Source: Octopus bimaculoides (Eukaryota). From it: a stretch of 64,000 nucleotides of DNA. The notes under the pieces are model-generated. The model was given only the letters and a program-made list of their open reading frames with translations. It was not told the DNA's origin and did no database searches. Positions within the stretch are counted from its first letter, which is position 1; every line of letters begins with the position of its first letter. The stretch covers positions 123,613,465 through 123,677,464 of the forward strand of contig NC_068983.1 of the NCBI RefSeq assembly GCF_001194135.2, read 5' to 3'. Positions 25,444 through 39,560 of the stretch are shown one piece after another. Both the position numbers and the translations under genes were made by a program.

Positions 25444-26916
25444 TATATATATANNNNNNNNNNNNNNNNNNNNNNNNNNNNNNNNNNNNNNNNNNNNNNN
25501 NNNNNNNNNNNNNNNNNNNNNNNNNNNGTGTGTGTAAATGTATACGCATGTATATATGTGTGTGTAAATGAGAATAGGGAGTGTGAAAAATCAGACACAC
25601 GAGACGACGGAATTGGAAATGAGTTCAACTTTTGCTGATTCATAGTAACTTGTGTTGATATTTACTTATGTATATTATTTAGTACATGTATATACTCTTT
25701 ATCAAAACCCTAACGTATAAACATCGTAATCTGTTACATGTATCTGTAATGATATGAAAGCGCATAATCTGTTAATTTAGGTGTTATAAGGGTCTGTCCT
25801 TCAGTAAGACACTATACCACATGTTGCTCCAGTCAGTCTACTCTGTTGAAGTGACTAAAAAGCAATAACTATGGATTAAGTAAACTGGTGTCGTGTTCAG
25901 GTGACGAGGAGTCTGATATTTTCAGTCGCTCATGTACCTTGAAATCTGTTATAAGTTCCTTTCTAATATCCACCAAGTATCTATCAGAAGTATTCTGAAT
26001 ATTATCTGGCAAGATAACAAAAGGGTAGTGACGTTGAGCATGTAACTATGTTGAGCACTGAGATCACCGTCATCATTATTCAACACAAATTGTAGTGAAT
26101 GGATTATCCAATAAGAATAGACTATATTCAACTATTAAGATAGATATTACGAATCAACTAGGAACCCTTCATGGAGTGAATCGATCTGTTAGAAATAGCA
26201 GCCAAAACCGTTTCAGGTAACACCTTAGTCTCTTAAATGAGGGATACGATATTTTCTATGAACACTCCATTGGATAATGTAGGCAAGATACTAAATTCCC
26301 AAAAATAAGATTGGATGGTCATGGTCGGAAGGGTTTTGTTCAATTACAATCCTGGGATAAATGAGATCAACAAATCAAAGCAGGTAATACAGTTTATAAG
26401 TTGCACAAAGTCATCTAAAGATGTCGTTAAGTGTAAACCTCAACAAATAATAAACTCATCCAAAATCACATAAACTAACAATTTGCTGGATATGTTGCTC
26501 ATCGTGAAATTCCACAGTTAATTATACCTATGCTAGGTTCAGGCATGGCTTTGTGGTTAAGGAGTTCATTTTGCTACTTTGTGGTTTGATTATACTGTAG
26601 GGCACTCTGGCCAAGCTTCCGTTATGATTTCTGGCTGACCAATGATATGAATTAAATTGGGGAAATATATGGAAGCTCATTGTTTTAGATAGATAGGTAG
26701 ATAGCTAGCTACGTCGATCTGTCATTGTTTTTACATTCTTTTTTTCCCATTCGAGCATTGATTGGATGGAACTTTAGAGCCCTTTCTGTTGAGAAGGAGG
26801 GAGACAAAGGTATCCTCAACAAATGACCTAAATGCTTGCAACAGAGTAGACTTTACTAAGGTGCAAAGTGGTGATGGTGTTAAAAAGACCATTAACCAAA
26901 AGGTATGGAATAATTA

Positions 26917-28520
26917 CATCATCATCATTGTTTAATGTCGATTTTCCATGCTGGTATGGGGTGGACAGTTAGACTGAGGACTGGCAAGCCAGGAGGCTGC
27001 ACCAGGCTCCAATCTGATCTGGCAAGGTTTCTACAGTTGGATGCCCTTCCTAACGCCAACTACTCTGAGAGTGTAGTGGGTGTTTTTTACGTGCCACCAG
27101 CACAAGGGCCAGTCAGACGGCACTGGCATCGACCATGCTTGAATGGTGCTTTGGTGCTTTTTATGTGCCAGTCAGACAATACTGGCATCGGCCATGACAA
27201 TGATTTCACTTGACTCAATAGGTCTTCTCAAGCACAGCATATTGCCTGACGATTGAAGGGTACTCTTAAATGGGCCAGTTATGCGACACTGGCATAGGCC
27301 ACAGTTACGATCTCACTTGGCTTGCTGGGTCTTCTCAAGTACAGTATATCTCCAAAGGTCTCGGTCACTTGTCATTGCTTCTGTGAGGCCCAACATTTGA
27401 AGGTCATGCTTCACCACCTCATCCCAGGTCTTCCTCTTCCACAGGTTCCCTCCACTGTTAGGGTATGACACTTCTTCACACAGCTGTCTTCATCCATATA
27501 TAACACATGACCATACCAGCACAGTTGTCTCTCTTGCACACCACTACTGATGCTTCTTATGCCCATCTTTTCTCTCAGGGCGCTTACACTCTGTTGTGTA
27601 TGCACACTGACATTACACATCCAGCAGAGCATACTAGCTTCATTTCTTTCAAGCCTACGCATGTCCTCAGCAGTCACAGTCCATGTTTCACTGCTGTGTA
27701 ACATGGCTGTTCATACACATGCGTCATACAGACTGCCTTTCACTCTGAGCGAGAGGCCCTTTGTTACCAGCAGAGGTAGGAGTTCTCTGAACTTTGCCCA
27801 GGCTATTCTTATTCTAGCAGCTACACTCTCAGAGCATCCACTCCCACTACTGACTTGGTCACCTAGGTAACAGAAGCTATCAACTACTAGTTTTTCTCCC
27901 TGGCATGTGATGGAAGCTGTTTTCTGCACATTTTCAGTGTTTATTGCCACTGCATCTGCCACACACAAAAACTATCTTCCTCGTTAACCTTCCTTTGATA
28001 TTGCTGCACTTCTTATGTGTCAATAGGTGTAGGTGTTTCTACCTACACCTTTTCTACAGAAGGGATCTGTGATTTGTCTACCTTCCTATTTACTAAGACT
28101 TTGGTTTTTGCTAGATTGACTCTAATGCCCTTCGATTCTAGACCTTGCTTCTACATCTGAAACTTCTCTAGTTCTGGTAGTGACTCAGCTATTAGGGCAA
28201 GGTCATCAGCATACAGGAGCTCACCTGGAGCAACCTGTCTTGAATTCCTCTGTTATTGCCTGGAGGACCATGATGAATAAGAGGGGGCTGAGGACTGATC
28301 CTTGGTGGACCCCCTACTCCTACCCGGAATTCTTCACTATACTCATTGCCAATCTTCACCTTACTGACAGCATCCCTGTACATTGCTTGTACAGCTCTCA
28401 CTAACCACTCATTTGTCCCTAGTTTCCTAGATAAGGAATCGGGGGACTACAAGATAAGGGATCGGGGGACACTGTCAAAGGCTTTCTCCATGTCAACAAA
28501 AGCCAAGACATATATATGTA
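26917..28520 (-). mobile_element. RTE-clade LINE, 5'-truncated and decayed
   Basis: RT remnants AFVDMEKAFD, MRAVQAMYRDAVSKV, FCYLGDQ, MLHSSETW; 3' UTR ending in (GAT)n. Confidence 0.9.
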
Positions 28521-28618
28521 CTTGCAGGATCCAATAGAATCAAGATATTTTAATAATAAGGACATCAAGGTAGAGTCCAAGACAGCAGATCTGTGTATCA
28601 ACAGTATAGATGGACTCT

Positions 28619-29815
28619 CATCATCATCATCATCGTTTAACGTCCGCTTTCCATGCTAGCATGGGTTGGATGATTTGACTGAGGACTGGTGAAACCGGAT
28701 GGTAACACCAGGCTCCAATCTAATTTGGCAGAGTTTCTACAGCTGGATGCCCTTCCTAACGCCAACCACTCAGAGAGTGTAGTGGGTGCTTTTACGTATC
28801 ACCCGCATGAAAACGGTCACGCTCAAGATGGTACATCTTATGTGCCACCCGCACAAGAGCCAGTCCAGGGGCACTGGCAACAATCTCACTTGGCTTGCCG
28901 GGTCTTCTCACGCACAGCACATTTCCAAAGGTCTCGGTCAGTAGTCATCNNNNNNNNNNNNNNNNNNNNNNNNNNNNNNNNNNNNNNNNNNNNNNNNNNN
29001 NNNNNNNNNNNNNNNNNNNNNNNNNNNNNNNNNNNNNNNNNNNNNNNNNNNNNNNNNNNNNNNNNNNNNNNNNNNNNNNNNNNNNNNNNNNNNNNNNNNN
29101 NNNNNNNNNNNNNNNNNNNNNNNNNNNNNNNNNNNNNNNNNNNNNNNNNNNNNNNNNNNNNNNNNNNNNNNNNNNNNNNNNNNNNNNNNNNNNNNNNNNN
29201 NNNNNNNNNNNNNNNNNNNNNNNNNNNNNNNNNNNNNNNNNNNNNNNNNNNNNNNNNNNNNNNNNNNNNNNNNNNNNNNNNNNNNNNNNNNNNNNNNNNN
29301 NNNNNNNNNNNNNNNNNNNNNNNNNNNNNNNNNNNNNNNNNNNNNNNNNNNNNNNNNNNNNNNNNNNNNNNNNNNNNNNNNNNNNNNNNNNNNNNNNNNN
29401 NNNNNNNNNNNNNNNNNNNNNNNNNNNNNNNNNNNNNNNNNNNNNNNNNNNNNNNNNNNNNNNNNNNNNNNNNNNNNNTCAGCAGTCACAGCCCATGTTT
29501 TACTGCCATGTAGCATGGCTGTTCGTACACATGCGTCATACAGTCTGCCTTTTACTCTGAGTGAGAGTCCGTTTGTCGCCAGCAGAGGTAAGAGCTCTCT
29601 AAACTTTGCTCAGGCTATTCTTATTCTAGCAGCTACACTTTCAGCGCACCCACCCCCACTACTAACTTGGTCACCCAGATAGCGGAAGCTATCGACTACC
29701 TCTAGTTTTTCTCCCTGGAATGAGATAGAAGTTGTTTCCTGTTTGTTTACAGTGTTTATTGCACCTGAACATCTGCCACATACAAAAACTAACTTCGTAG
29801 TTAATCTCATGTACA
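28619..29815 (-). mobile_element. RTE-clade LINE fragment spanning an assembly gap
   Basis: Same 3' UTR and (GAT)n tail; FRYLGDQVSSGGGCAESVAARIRIA and MLHGSKTW remnants. Confidence 0.85.
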
Positions 29816-30903
29816 TACTAATCTATATACAGTCTTATCCTTTCACTTGTATAGAGTCTGGTGCAACCCCCTCAGCTTACCAGCCCTGGTCAAACCATCC
29901 AACCTATGCCAGCATGGACAATGGACATTAAATGATGATACATTCAGATGGACAGACCAAATATACTCAACAATATAACTACCCATGTATATATAAAATC
30001 ACACTCTAGCATACTCCAGTATGCAGTTCATGATCCACTTTAAGCCCCAGATCCAGTGTAGGGAAGGCTCCATATGTGGTGTAGTGTAAATAATAACACA
30101 AAAGGGCTGGGGTTTCCTACAGCTGTTTCACATGAGTTTTTTTTTTATTGATGAACAAATCAATTACATCATGAAAAAAACTGTTTTCTTCAGGTGAATT
30201 AAAATTAAAATCCAAAATTCAACGTTTGGGATTTTGCTCAGAAAGACTATAGAATGTATTTTGACTCTCTCATCACCATTACTGAGATTTGCAATTGATT
30301 TGATCATCAACAAAAAAAAATCATGTGAAACAACTGTAGTAAACCTCAGCCCATTTGTGTTATTATTTATGCATATATATATTTATATCTATCATCATCA
30401 ACCTTTAACATTTGTTTTCTCTGCTGGCATAGATTGAACAGTTTGGCCAGAGCTGACAAGCTGGAGAGCTGCATCAGGTACCAGTCTGATTTGGCTTAGT
30501 TTCTACAGCTGGATGCCCCTCCTAACACCAATTGTGTGCTGGGTACTTTTAATGTAGCACTGGCATGAGTGCTTTTACGTGACACCGGCACAATTGCTTT
30601 TTATGTGACACCTGTTTTATATATCATCATCATCATCATCATCGTTTAACGTCTGCTTTCCATGCTAGCATGGGTTGGATGATTTAACTGAGGACTGGTG
30701 AACCAGATGGCTACAGCTGGATGCCCTTCCTAACGCAAACCACTCTGAGAGTGTAGTGGGTGCTTTTACGTGCCACCAGCACGGAGGCCAGTCAGGCGGT
30801 ACTGGCAACGGCTACGCTCAAAATGGTTTATTTTATGTGCCACCTGCACAGGAGCCAGTCCAGTGGCACTGGCAACGACCTCGCTCGAATGTTGATGATG
30901 ATG

Positions 30904-30904
<1 letters not shown>

Positions 30905-30999
<95 letters not shown>
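30905..30999. repeat. (GT)n(AT)n microsatellite; similar tracts at about 985, 1755, 2355, 24400, 37365, 42660, 50500
   Basis: Seen directly. Confidence 0.95.
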
Positions 31000-31000
<1 letters not shown>

Positions 31001-34000
31001 ACATATACAACATACACATATATAAATATGTGTTTGTGTTTGCAATTACTTCGTTGTTAGTGAAGTCCATAAAAATGGGGTAACTCTGAAGATGATGTCC
31101 ACATCATCGTCATCATTTAACATCCATCTTCCTTCTGGCATGGATTGTATGGTTTGACAGGAGCTGGTAAGCCAGAGGATTGCACCAAGCTCCACTGTCT
31201 GTTTTGGAATGTATTTTTGTTTTACTGGTGGATGCCCTTTCTGATGCCAGTCACTTTACAGAGTGGACTGGGTGCTTTTTAGGTGGCACCAACACCAGTA
31301 AGGCCTCCAAGTAACTCCCAAGACAAGGATCCTTCAACTAAGAAGGGGAGTGGTTTCATGCCAGGTGATGAGAAGCTAGAGTTTGACAGTGGGAAATAGT
31401 GGGAGTTAAGGAAACAGAGAGCCAAGAAATGTGAGAGAGGGGGAGTGAGAAAAAGGAAGAAAAATGAGAGGAGGAATAAAAGATAGAGTAAGAGTCATAC
31501 AAAATTTAGATACATACCTACTATAAGGTGAGCACAAGGGTGTACATACACCACTATATATATAAATGGAGCAAAAGCACAATAGAGGACATTAAAACAT
31601 TCGGACAGATAGACGATACAAAGGGGGACATGAGAAACAACAATTAGAAGGACAGGCGAAAAAAGATGGGTCATTCGTGGCTTTCTTTCCTCAGTCAAGT
31701 TCCAGAAGTCACGACCATTTCCGGCAGTTACACTTGAGATGGTTCAATCTGGTTGCCCCCCCAAAAAGTCTAAGCTAACGCACTAGAAAGCTAGCGAATA
31801 TACAAGTTCAGGGAGTGAAGCAGGTAAAATTCAGGCTATGTATGTTTCTTAACTAGCAGACTGTTTGATGTAGTTGTTTGTAAATAGTGAATAGTGAATG
31901 TCCCCAAGCAATCTTCGGGTTCTGAGCACAGGGCCTATACAAGTTACAGATATATATCCAAGAAAGTTACGGGTTGTGAATCCAACCCACTAAGGGATAA
32001 TATCTATCCAATATACTGCTAGAAGAATACCCAATTATTATTACACTAGTGTTTTTTCATTGCATGACAATTACATTACCAAGTGCAATAAATGAGTAAG
32101 GGTAAAAAGTTATTTTACCATTATGTAAATTGACATAATATAATGTCTATAAGTTGATGAATACCACCTATTAATCCCCTCCATTTTCTTATTGTTATAT
32201 ATATATATATCATCATCATCATCAGTCCATTTTCCATGCTGGCATCGGATGGATGGTCTGCTGAAGAGCTGCCCAGGCTCCATGTCTGTTTTGGCATGGT
32301 TTCTACGGCTTGATGCCCTTCCTAATGCCAACCACTTTACAGAGTGTACTGGGTGCTTTTAGACGACACCAGCACAAGTGCATTTATGTGGCACCAATAC
32401 AGATGCTTTTTACGTGAAACCAGCATCCACGAGCCCACAGGATTAGGAATGCTCAGCTGGAGAGGGATGCAAGGGACAAGCTTGTATGCAAAGACATCCA
32501 CGCTTTTACTTAGCTATATATAGGCTGTGTGGTAAGAAGCTTGCTTCCCAACCACATGGTTCTAGTTCAGTCCCACTACATGGCACCACAAGCAAGTATC
32601 TTTTACTATAGCCTCAGGCCAACCAATGCCTCGTGTGAGGATTTGGCCGACGGAAACTGAAAGATGCGTGTAATTTTCATATGTGTATGTGTGTCTGTTT
32701 TTGTACCCCACTACCTCTTGATAATTGGTGTTAGTGTGTTTAGATCCCCATAACTTAGCAGTTCAGAAACAGAGACCAATAGAATAAGAACCAGGCTTTA
32801 AAAAATGAGAAATAAGTATAGGGGCTGATTCATTCGACTTAAAATTCCCCAGCATGCCCACAGTCTAATGACTGAAACAAGTAAAAGATATAATATATAT
32901 ATAGAATAGAGTAGGAAAGATCCAGGCTACATATGTTTTCATAGTGAGTGAAACCTTGGAAGTGGTAAAAATCCAAGTGAGGTGTATACCGCTGGCTACT
33001 CTTCAGGCCAAGGATATATTCTGATTGAATCTTCCTTGCAGCAATGTAACCACATACAGGCTCTGTCGTTGGTCTGTCTCAGTAATAATTTTGTTGTTAT
33101 TTAGCCTCAAATCAACCCTGATACAGCAAACCTATCATCAAAGACATTCCTGCCTTCAGCAAACCATCTTTTTAGGGATAATCTATGACATTACGTCCAA
33201 TGGGTGTGGGATTTAGGTAGGGGGGATACTTTGGCTGCTATTTTTAGCGTGTCGAGCGACCAAGTAGAGGCTCTTTCATTGGTTTGAACCTGGAAGTTGT
33301 TCGCAAACAGCAGCAGTAATTTTCTTCAGCCGAATACACGTCATTGATTGGTTAAAATTACCCAAATACGACAACTTTAACATGAAATAACTTCTAAAAT
33401 ACAAATTTTGTCAAAAACGTTAAGAGACACATTGTACCAGTATCCATAGTTTCAAAGTGTTTAGTTAAAAAAGATAATAATTAAAAAATCTGTCCACCAA
33501 ATGGAATAGATCCCTTTGGATTCTGTAGAATGTTCATGTGAAAGCCATCAACACTGCCATGGAAAGTTTTTTATCTTTTCTTTTACATTCAGTCATTAGA
33601 CTACGGCCATTCTTGGGCACCGCCCTGAGGAATTTTTTGTCGAATGAATCAAATCCCAGGACTTATTTTTCTTTTTAACCCTGGTACTTATTCTACCAGT
33701 GTCTTTTGCTGAACCGCTAAGTTAATGGGACGTAAACACACCCACAACAGTTGTCAACCTGTGGTGGGTGACAAACACACACATGTGTATGTATGTATGT
33801 ATGTATATATATATATATATATACGACAGACTTCTTTCAGTTTCATTCTACCAAATCCACTCAAGACTTTGGTCGACCGTCCATGAGATGAATACAGTGA
33901 ACAGACAGGATTGCGAGAATAATATCCAAATGGTTACGAATTGTATGACTACAATATACACACACATCTATATGTACAATTAAAAACGGTGAGGACCTAG

Positions 34001-35642
34001 ATACATCAACAATAATATTTCTGTTCGCTGATAACATAATGTCCTATCCATCCATCCATCCAGTTGAACGACTTGCCCTGACCAATTCAACTCTGCCATG
34101 TCGATATCCTGATCAAAAACGAACTCAATCCTATGGTGTTACAAAGGTAATGTCAACATTTTGGGTGACTTAAACGTAGATACAATCAGAATCTAAAGCG
34201 AAGTTTCCTGTTTAACGCGCCTGATGAGTTAATAATTAACAGTGAGTGTGTTCTTTTGAATAATTTCTTGTTTAAATGCCTTTGATGACATTAATTTTAG
34301 ATTCTGATAGTAACTATGTTTAAATCACACAAGGTGTTGGACATTACCTTTGTACCATCATGGGACTGAGTTCGTTTACTGTATATACATTGTTTCTATA
34401 AATAAAAACAAATATATATGTATTTCATGACACAAATTATATTTTATCAATTGTCTATCCTCTAGGAAAACATTTCGTTTTATTTATTTCCTAGCTTTCA
34501 CATCCTGTTTGCGGTGAAATATTTTATAATGTAATCCAATCATCCCTTCACCACTCACATGTTTGTGAGTATGTGTAACTTATCTATACGGAGCTTGAAC
34601 ATTCCTCATTAAGTTGTTTGTTGGTGGTGACCCTTGAATCTATCACATGTTGCACGAGATAGTGTGTAAAGTCTTTATCTCCCACCGCTATTATCTAATT
34701 CTCCACCCTGAGAGGTGTCCTGTATAAAATTTGTTCAGATATTTAATCCTGGACTAACGATGGCTAAAATCTATCGAAGTTACTCAGTCATGACTATTTA
34801 TAGCTTGTTATGAATTCGTTTGGTTTATTTTTCGTTAATTTCATCTGATGCTGGCAAAGATATTTACCAGTTGTTATGTTGCATACACATTAACTTAACA
34901 CAGTAAGTTTGGATTTGAGTTTCTGTTTTTTGTGTGTTTTCGACTAATATTAGGTTTTTCATTTGTACATCATATTTAGTTTTACGTATAACTAACTACT
35001 GATTGTCGTATTTCATTACTCCACTACTTTGTCAAATGCGTGGACCAGATTTTGACATCTAACCTACGAACCAGCAACTAGGAGAGAAATTAACAGCAAC
35101 CAAAACAAAAGAGTATTCAAACTGCTTCAAGTCCTTGACATGAAATTACTGCCTATATGATACAATGAGTTATATATATATATATATATATAGCTGTGTG
35201 GTAAGGAGCCTGCTTACCAACCACATGGTTCCAGGTTCAGTCTTCTTCTATAGCTTTGGGCCGACCAAAGCCTTGTGAGTAGACGGAAACTGAAAGAAGT
35301 CCGTCATATATATACATATATGTATGTATATGTTTGTGTGTCTGTGTTTGTCACTTGACAACCGATGCTGGTGTGTTTACGTCCCCCGGTTCGGCAAAAG
35401 AGACCGATAGAATAAGTACTAGGCTTACAAAGAATAAGTCCTGGGGTCGATGTGCTCGACTAAAGGCGGTGCTCCAGCATGGCCGCAGTCATGAGTGAAA
35501 CAAACAAAAGAAAACGTATATATCTACATACATATACACTGACATATGTATGTGTGTATGTATATATATATATACATACTGGACTTATTCTTTGTAAGCC
35601 TAATATGCTGAAAAGTTCCTGGCTTTGGGTGAAAGAAAATAC

Positions 35643-35764
35643 GGTAAATTTTCAGATTAACACCCGCACGATTTTCACTAGGGTGTTTAGGTTAGGGTTA
35701 GGGACGGAATTCCCACCCTAACACCCCAGTAAAAATTGTGCGGGTGTTAATCTGAAAATTCACC
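35643..35764. mobile_element. Merlin-like MITE family A, second copy, nested in a Tc1/mariner-type MITE
   Basis: Same TIR; exact 8-bp TSD gaaaatac at 35635-35642 and 35765-35772; an uninterrupted host copy with a single gaaaatac occurs at 43082-43089. Confidence 0.85.
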
Positions 35765-36689
35765 GAAAATACAAGAGGATCAGTTAATTATGATTTTATT
35801 CAACATATACCCCTCTCAGATTCGCACACTTATTGCAGCAGTACTTCAGAAAGAACTTCGATTAACCAAGATGATAACCCAAATAAACACCCACCGATGT
35901 AGGGACTGTTTATCAACTAATTACTTGGATAATCTGTTTGACATGCGTTTTTCAACTCGTGTTGAAGAAAGCCTGTGTTTTCGTAGTTACAAAAACATAG
36001 TTTATTTTCCTATAATCTCTTTAAAAAGAAATAACAAATTTATTTCAATATCGCCTTTCCACGCAGACTAGGAAATGCCTTCTAAATGAAATATTAAGAC
36101 TATGAAAGAAACAACTTCGGAAACTACTTAAAGGGAGAACTTTAGTAATTCCATTGGTTAAGTTGAAGTGACTTGGTCGGGGTTTGAAATCAGACGGTAA
36201 AGGGAGATAACCAGTATCATAACTGGTCCGATACTCAACCGATTCTGCTACCCACCTGTCATTGTTTGAAAGGTTCCTAGGATTCGAACATACTTTCTCT
36301 GTGTGTGCGTGCGCGCGCGCGCGTTTATTTATATTCGGTATTCTTTCGTTTTTTGATTACAAAGGGAAATTGAAGTGATGGGGAAAATTATCGCAAGCAA
36401 TCTGCATTAAGCATCAATGAAATGAAAGTGAACTGTGATCATTACTTACTGTATTCCTTTTACTTGTTTCAGTCTTTGGATTGTGGCCATACTGAGGTAC
36501 TGCCCTCGAAGGATTTAGTCGAACAAATCGACCCCAGTACTTGTTTTTTTTGTTTTTTTAATTTAGTACTTATTCTATCCGTCCCCGTTTTACGAACCTC
36601 TAGGCTATGGGGACGTAAACAATCCAACATCAGTTGTCTAAAAGTAGTGAAAGATAAACACAGAGACGGATGTATACATATATTATATA

Positions 36690-36905
36690 CAGGATGTTCA
36701 AATAGTCTCTCCGCAGTGAATTTTTTCATCCTACGCATCACCATGGCACTACTTCAAGAGTTTTTCGGTGAACAGATTATTTCCAAAGGACTTTGGCCAC
36801 CAAGATCACTGCCAGACTTTTTTCTTGGGGAGCAAGTAAAGGACTAGTGTACAAGAATCGCCCGAAAACCATTAAATACTGCGGGGAGACTTTGTGAACA
36901 CCCTG
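36690..36905 (+). mobile_element. Internally deleted Tc1/mariner element
   Basis: TIR CAGG(A/G)TGTTCA...GTCTC.CCGCAGT with TA TSD; remnant WPPRSLPDFFLGEQVKD of the WPPRSPDL motif. Confidence 0.85.
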
Positions 36906-37362
36906 TATACACACACACACAACAGGCTTCTTTCAGTTTCTGTCTTCTAAATCCATTCACAAAGCTTTGGTTGGCCCAAGTCTGTTATGGAAGATACTTG
37001 CCCAAGGTGCCGTACAGTAGGACTGAATGCAAGACCACACGATTGTATAGCAATCTATATAAGTATTTAGTCCAAGCGATATGTTATGAAAAAACTGAAT
37101 AATTGTTTATAGCAGACAATTCATTATGATATAAAAATGATCGCTTGGATGATTTATTATCAAAATAAGCAAAAGTATTTAGTTTGTAAAGTAATAATGT
37201 CTAACACAATCAAAAACTGCATGAATGTGTTGTTTTCATGGTTTTTCTTCCAGCAAAATTCTTGTAGATTTGTTGGAAACAGAACATCTGATGTCCCATG
37301 CATGGTGCGATGTCACTCTTTCTTTGTCCTGCATGATTCTAATTCATTCAACCATTTGCATA

Positions 37363-37404
<42 letters not shown>

Positions 37405-38057
37405 GAGAGAGAGAGATATAGATATAACTAATGAAAGAGTGTCCGATTATCAATTATGGACAAAAATTTATGGAGATGACCAAATTCTGTTTATCAATTC
37501 CACTTTCACTTTGTGATCCTAAAAGAAAAGAATACCATTATCTACATAGTGTATGTGTATCTGAGTTATAGCTTGTTAAAAGTGTAAGTGTAGCTGTGTG
37601 GTATGAAGTTTGCTTCCAAACTACAAAGTTTTGGGTTCAGTCCCTTCTACTTTAATTCTAGGCTGACCAAAGCCTTGTGAGTGGATTTGGTTGATGAAAA
37701 CTGAAAGAAACCTATCGTGTGTGTGTGTGTTACTATGTCCTTGCCTTCACATCGCATGATAATTGTAAACGAGTGTCACCATCATGCAAGTGTTGTCCTT
37801 CATTTCTAGTCTACCATGAAAAATGTCTGGCCATGGAGAGATACTACATTGTTTGAAAACAGGTGGAGGTTGGTAACAGGAAGAGCATTCAGCTGTAGAA
37901 AATCTGCCTTTTATGACATGTAGAAATGTTTCTTTTTTTGTTTTGCTTTTTTTGTTTGTTAATTCCTTCTAACTACCATAAATTAAATGTTGATTTAAAA
38001 TTATGCACAAGTCATTAAATTTAGCAGCAATATTTTTTAGTGAATATCTCAGTTTGG

Positions 38058-39000
38058 TATATTCATGCCATTCCAGTGACATAAATATAAATCCACTGAT
38101 GTGCAGTTTGATTTCCTTGGCAGTCAAATTATCTGCTGACTAACCTTCTCTTATGTTAACCTATGGCATCATTATCTGTACCAATCAACTGTCACAATAA
38201 TCTGTTTATCAACCTAGGCTTAGTGGTACCCACAGATGTTCCTGTGTCATCACCTTGCAGATCAATCAATAACTTAGACTGGATGTTGCATTAGCAAGTA
38301 TTGCTAAGTCATTTAAATCAAGGAAGTGACTGGCAGCACTGGTCAAACAGTCCAACCTATACCAGATGGAAAACAGACCTATGATGATTATGATGATGTA
38401 CCTCATGTAAGTCTAGCTGAATGAAGAGGTCTGTTGGTTCCTGTTGTTGCAACAGATATCAAAAGTAATATGAGCTGTTGTTAAAGTGCAGTCCAGTGAG
38501 TTTGTAGTAGTTCTTGATTTAGCTTGGTCAGCTGGAAGCATGATTGTGAAGCTGGTGGTGAGAAATTGAAGTAAACATGCTGAACCCATGTTTGTTCTGC
38601 TACAGCTGATATGAGTTGCCTGGTAAAAATCTGTAATGTAATTTGGTGCATCGTAGGTGGTCTACAATGGCTGTTATGAGACAATCAGCAATCTAGCCAC
38701 TAGAGAACAGCTCTATTTTTGTTGCAGCCAACTGCCAGCCACTTCCTTGATTAGTAATACTTACTAATACAACATCCAATCTAAGTTATTGATTGGTCTG
38801 CAAGGTGATGACACAGGAACATCTGTGGGTACCACTAAGTCTAGGTTGATAAACAGATTATTGTGACAGTTGATTGGTACAGATAATGATGCCATAGGTT
38901 AACGTAAGTGAAAGTCAGTCAGCAGATAATTTGACTGCCAAGGAAATCAAACTGCACATTAGTGGATTTATATTTATGTCAATGGAATGCTATGAATATA
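38058..39000. mobile_element. Foldback element with about 280-bp inverted arms
   Basis: 38058-38340 is the reverse complement of about 38725-39000 with high similarity; spacer of about 385 bp; no TSD found. Confidence 0.8.
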
Positions 39001-39002
39001 AC

Positions 39003-39560
39003 AGGCTCCAGTCTGATTAGGCATTGTGTCTATGACTGAATGCCCTTCCTAACGCCAACCACATTACAGAGTGTACTGGGTGCTTTTACATGGCACCAGC
39101 ACCAGTGCTTTTTATGTGGCACTCATACAGGACTCTTGCAGGCCAATCCTCTTCACCAGGGAGAGTGGCCTTAATACTTCTGCAGCTGAGTACAGGTCTT
39201 CTTGAGTACAGCAAGGCACCAGGTATCTCAGTCCTTTGTCATCTCATCTGAAGGGTTCAGTGACCTGAGGTTATTCTTCAGTCCTTCATCCCATGTGTTC
39301 CTGGGTTTCCCTCTTCTATGTGTTCCATCTACCTTGAGAGATCGGTTCTTCTTTATGGAGCTGTCACCATCCATCTGCATCACATGACCAAACCAGCATA
39401 GTCCTCTCTCTTGCACACTGCATCTAATTCCTCTTATGCCTAACTTCTCTCTCAATACACTAGCTCTCTGTCAAACATGTACACTTACATTACACATCCA
39501 ACAGAGCGTACTAGCTTCATTCCTCTCTAACCTTTGCATGTCCTCTGCAGTCAGGGTTAT
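39003..39560 (-). mobile_element. RTE LINE 3' fragment
   Basis: MREKLGIRGIRCSVQERGLCWFGHV remnant plus 3' UTR. Confidence 0.8.

Noticed and set aside
28689-29560. Long ORFs of 130-270 aa containing X runs, also at 1230-1651, 18832-19262 and 25185-25643
   Set aside because: Their length comes from N gaps
30756-31083. ORFs with long IYIY/THTH runs, also at 481-669, 2296-2688 and 37225-37431
   Set aside because: They are translations of (AT)n/(AC)n microsatellites
34214-34246. CTGATGA followed by a GTTAA/TTAAC stem, resembling a hammerhead
   Set aside because: No GAAA after stem II and no stem I or III partner; at most a truncated relic
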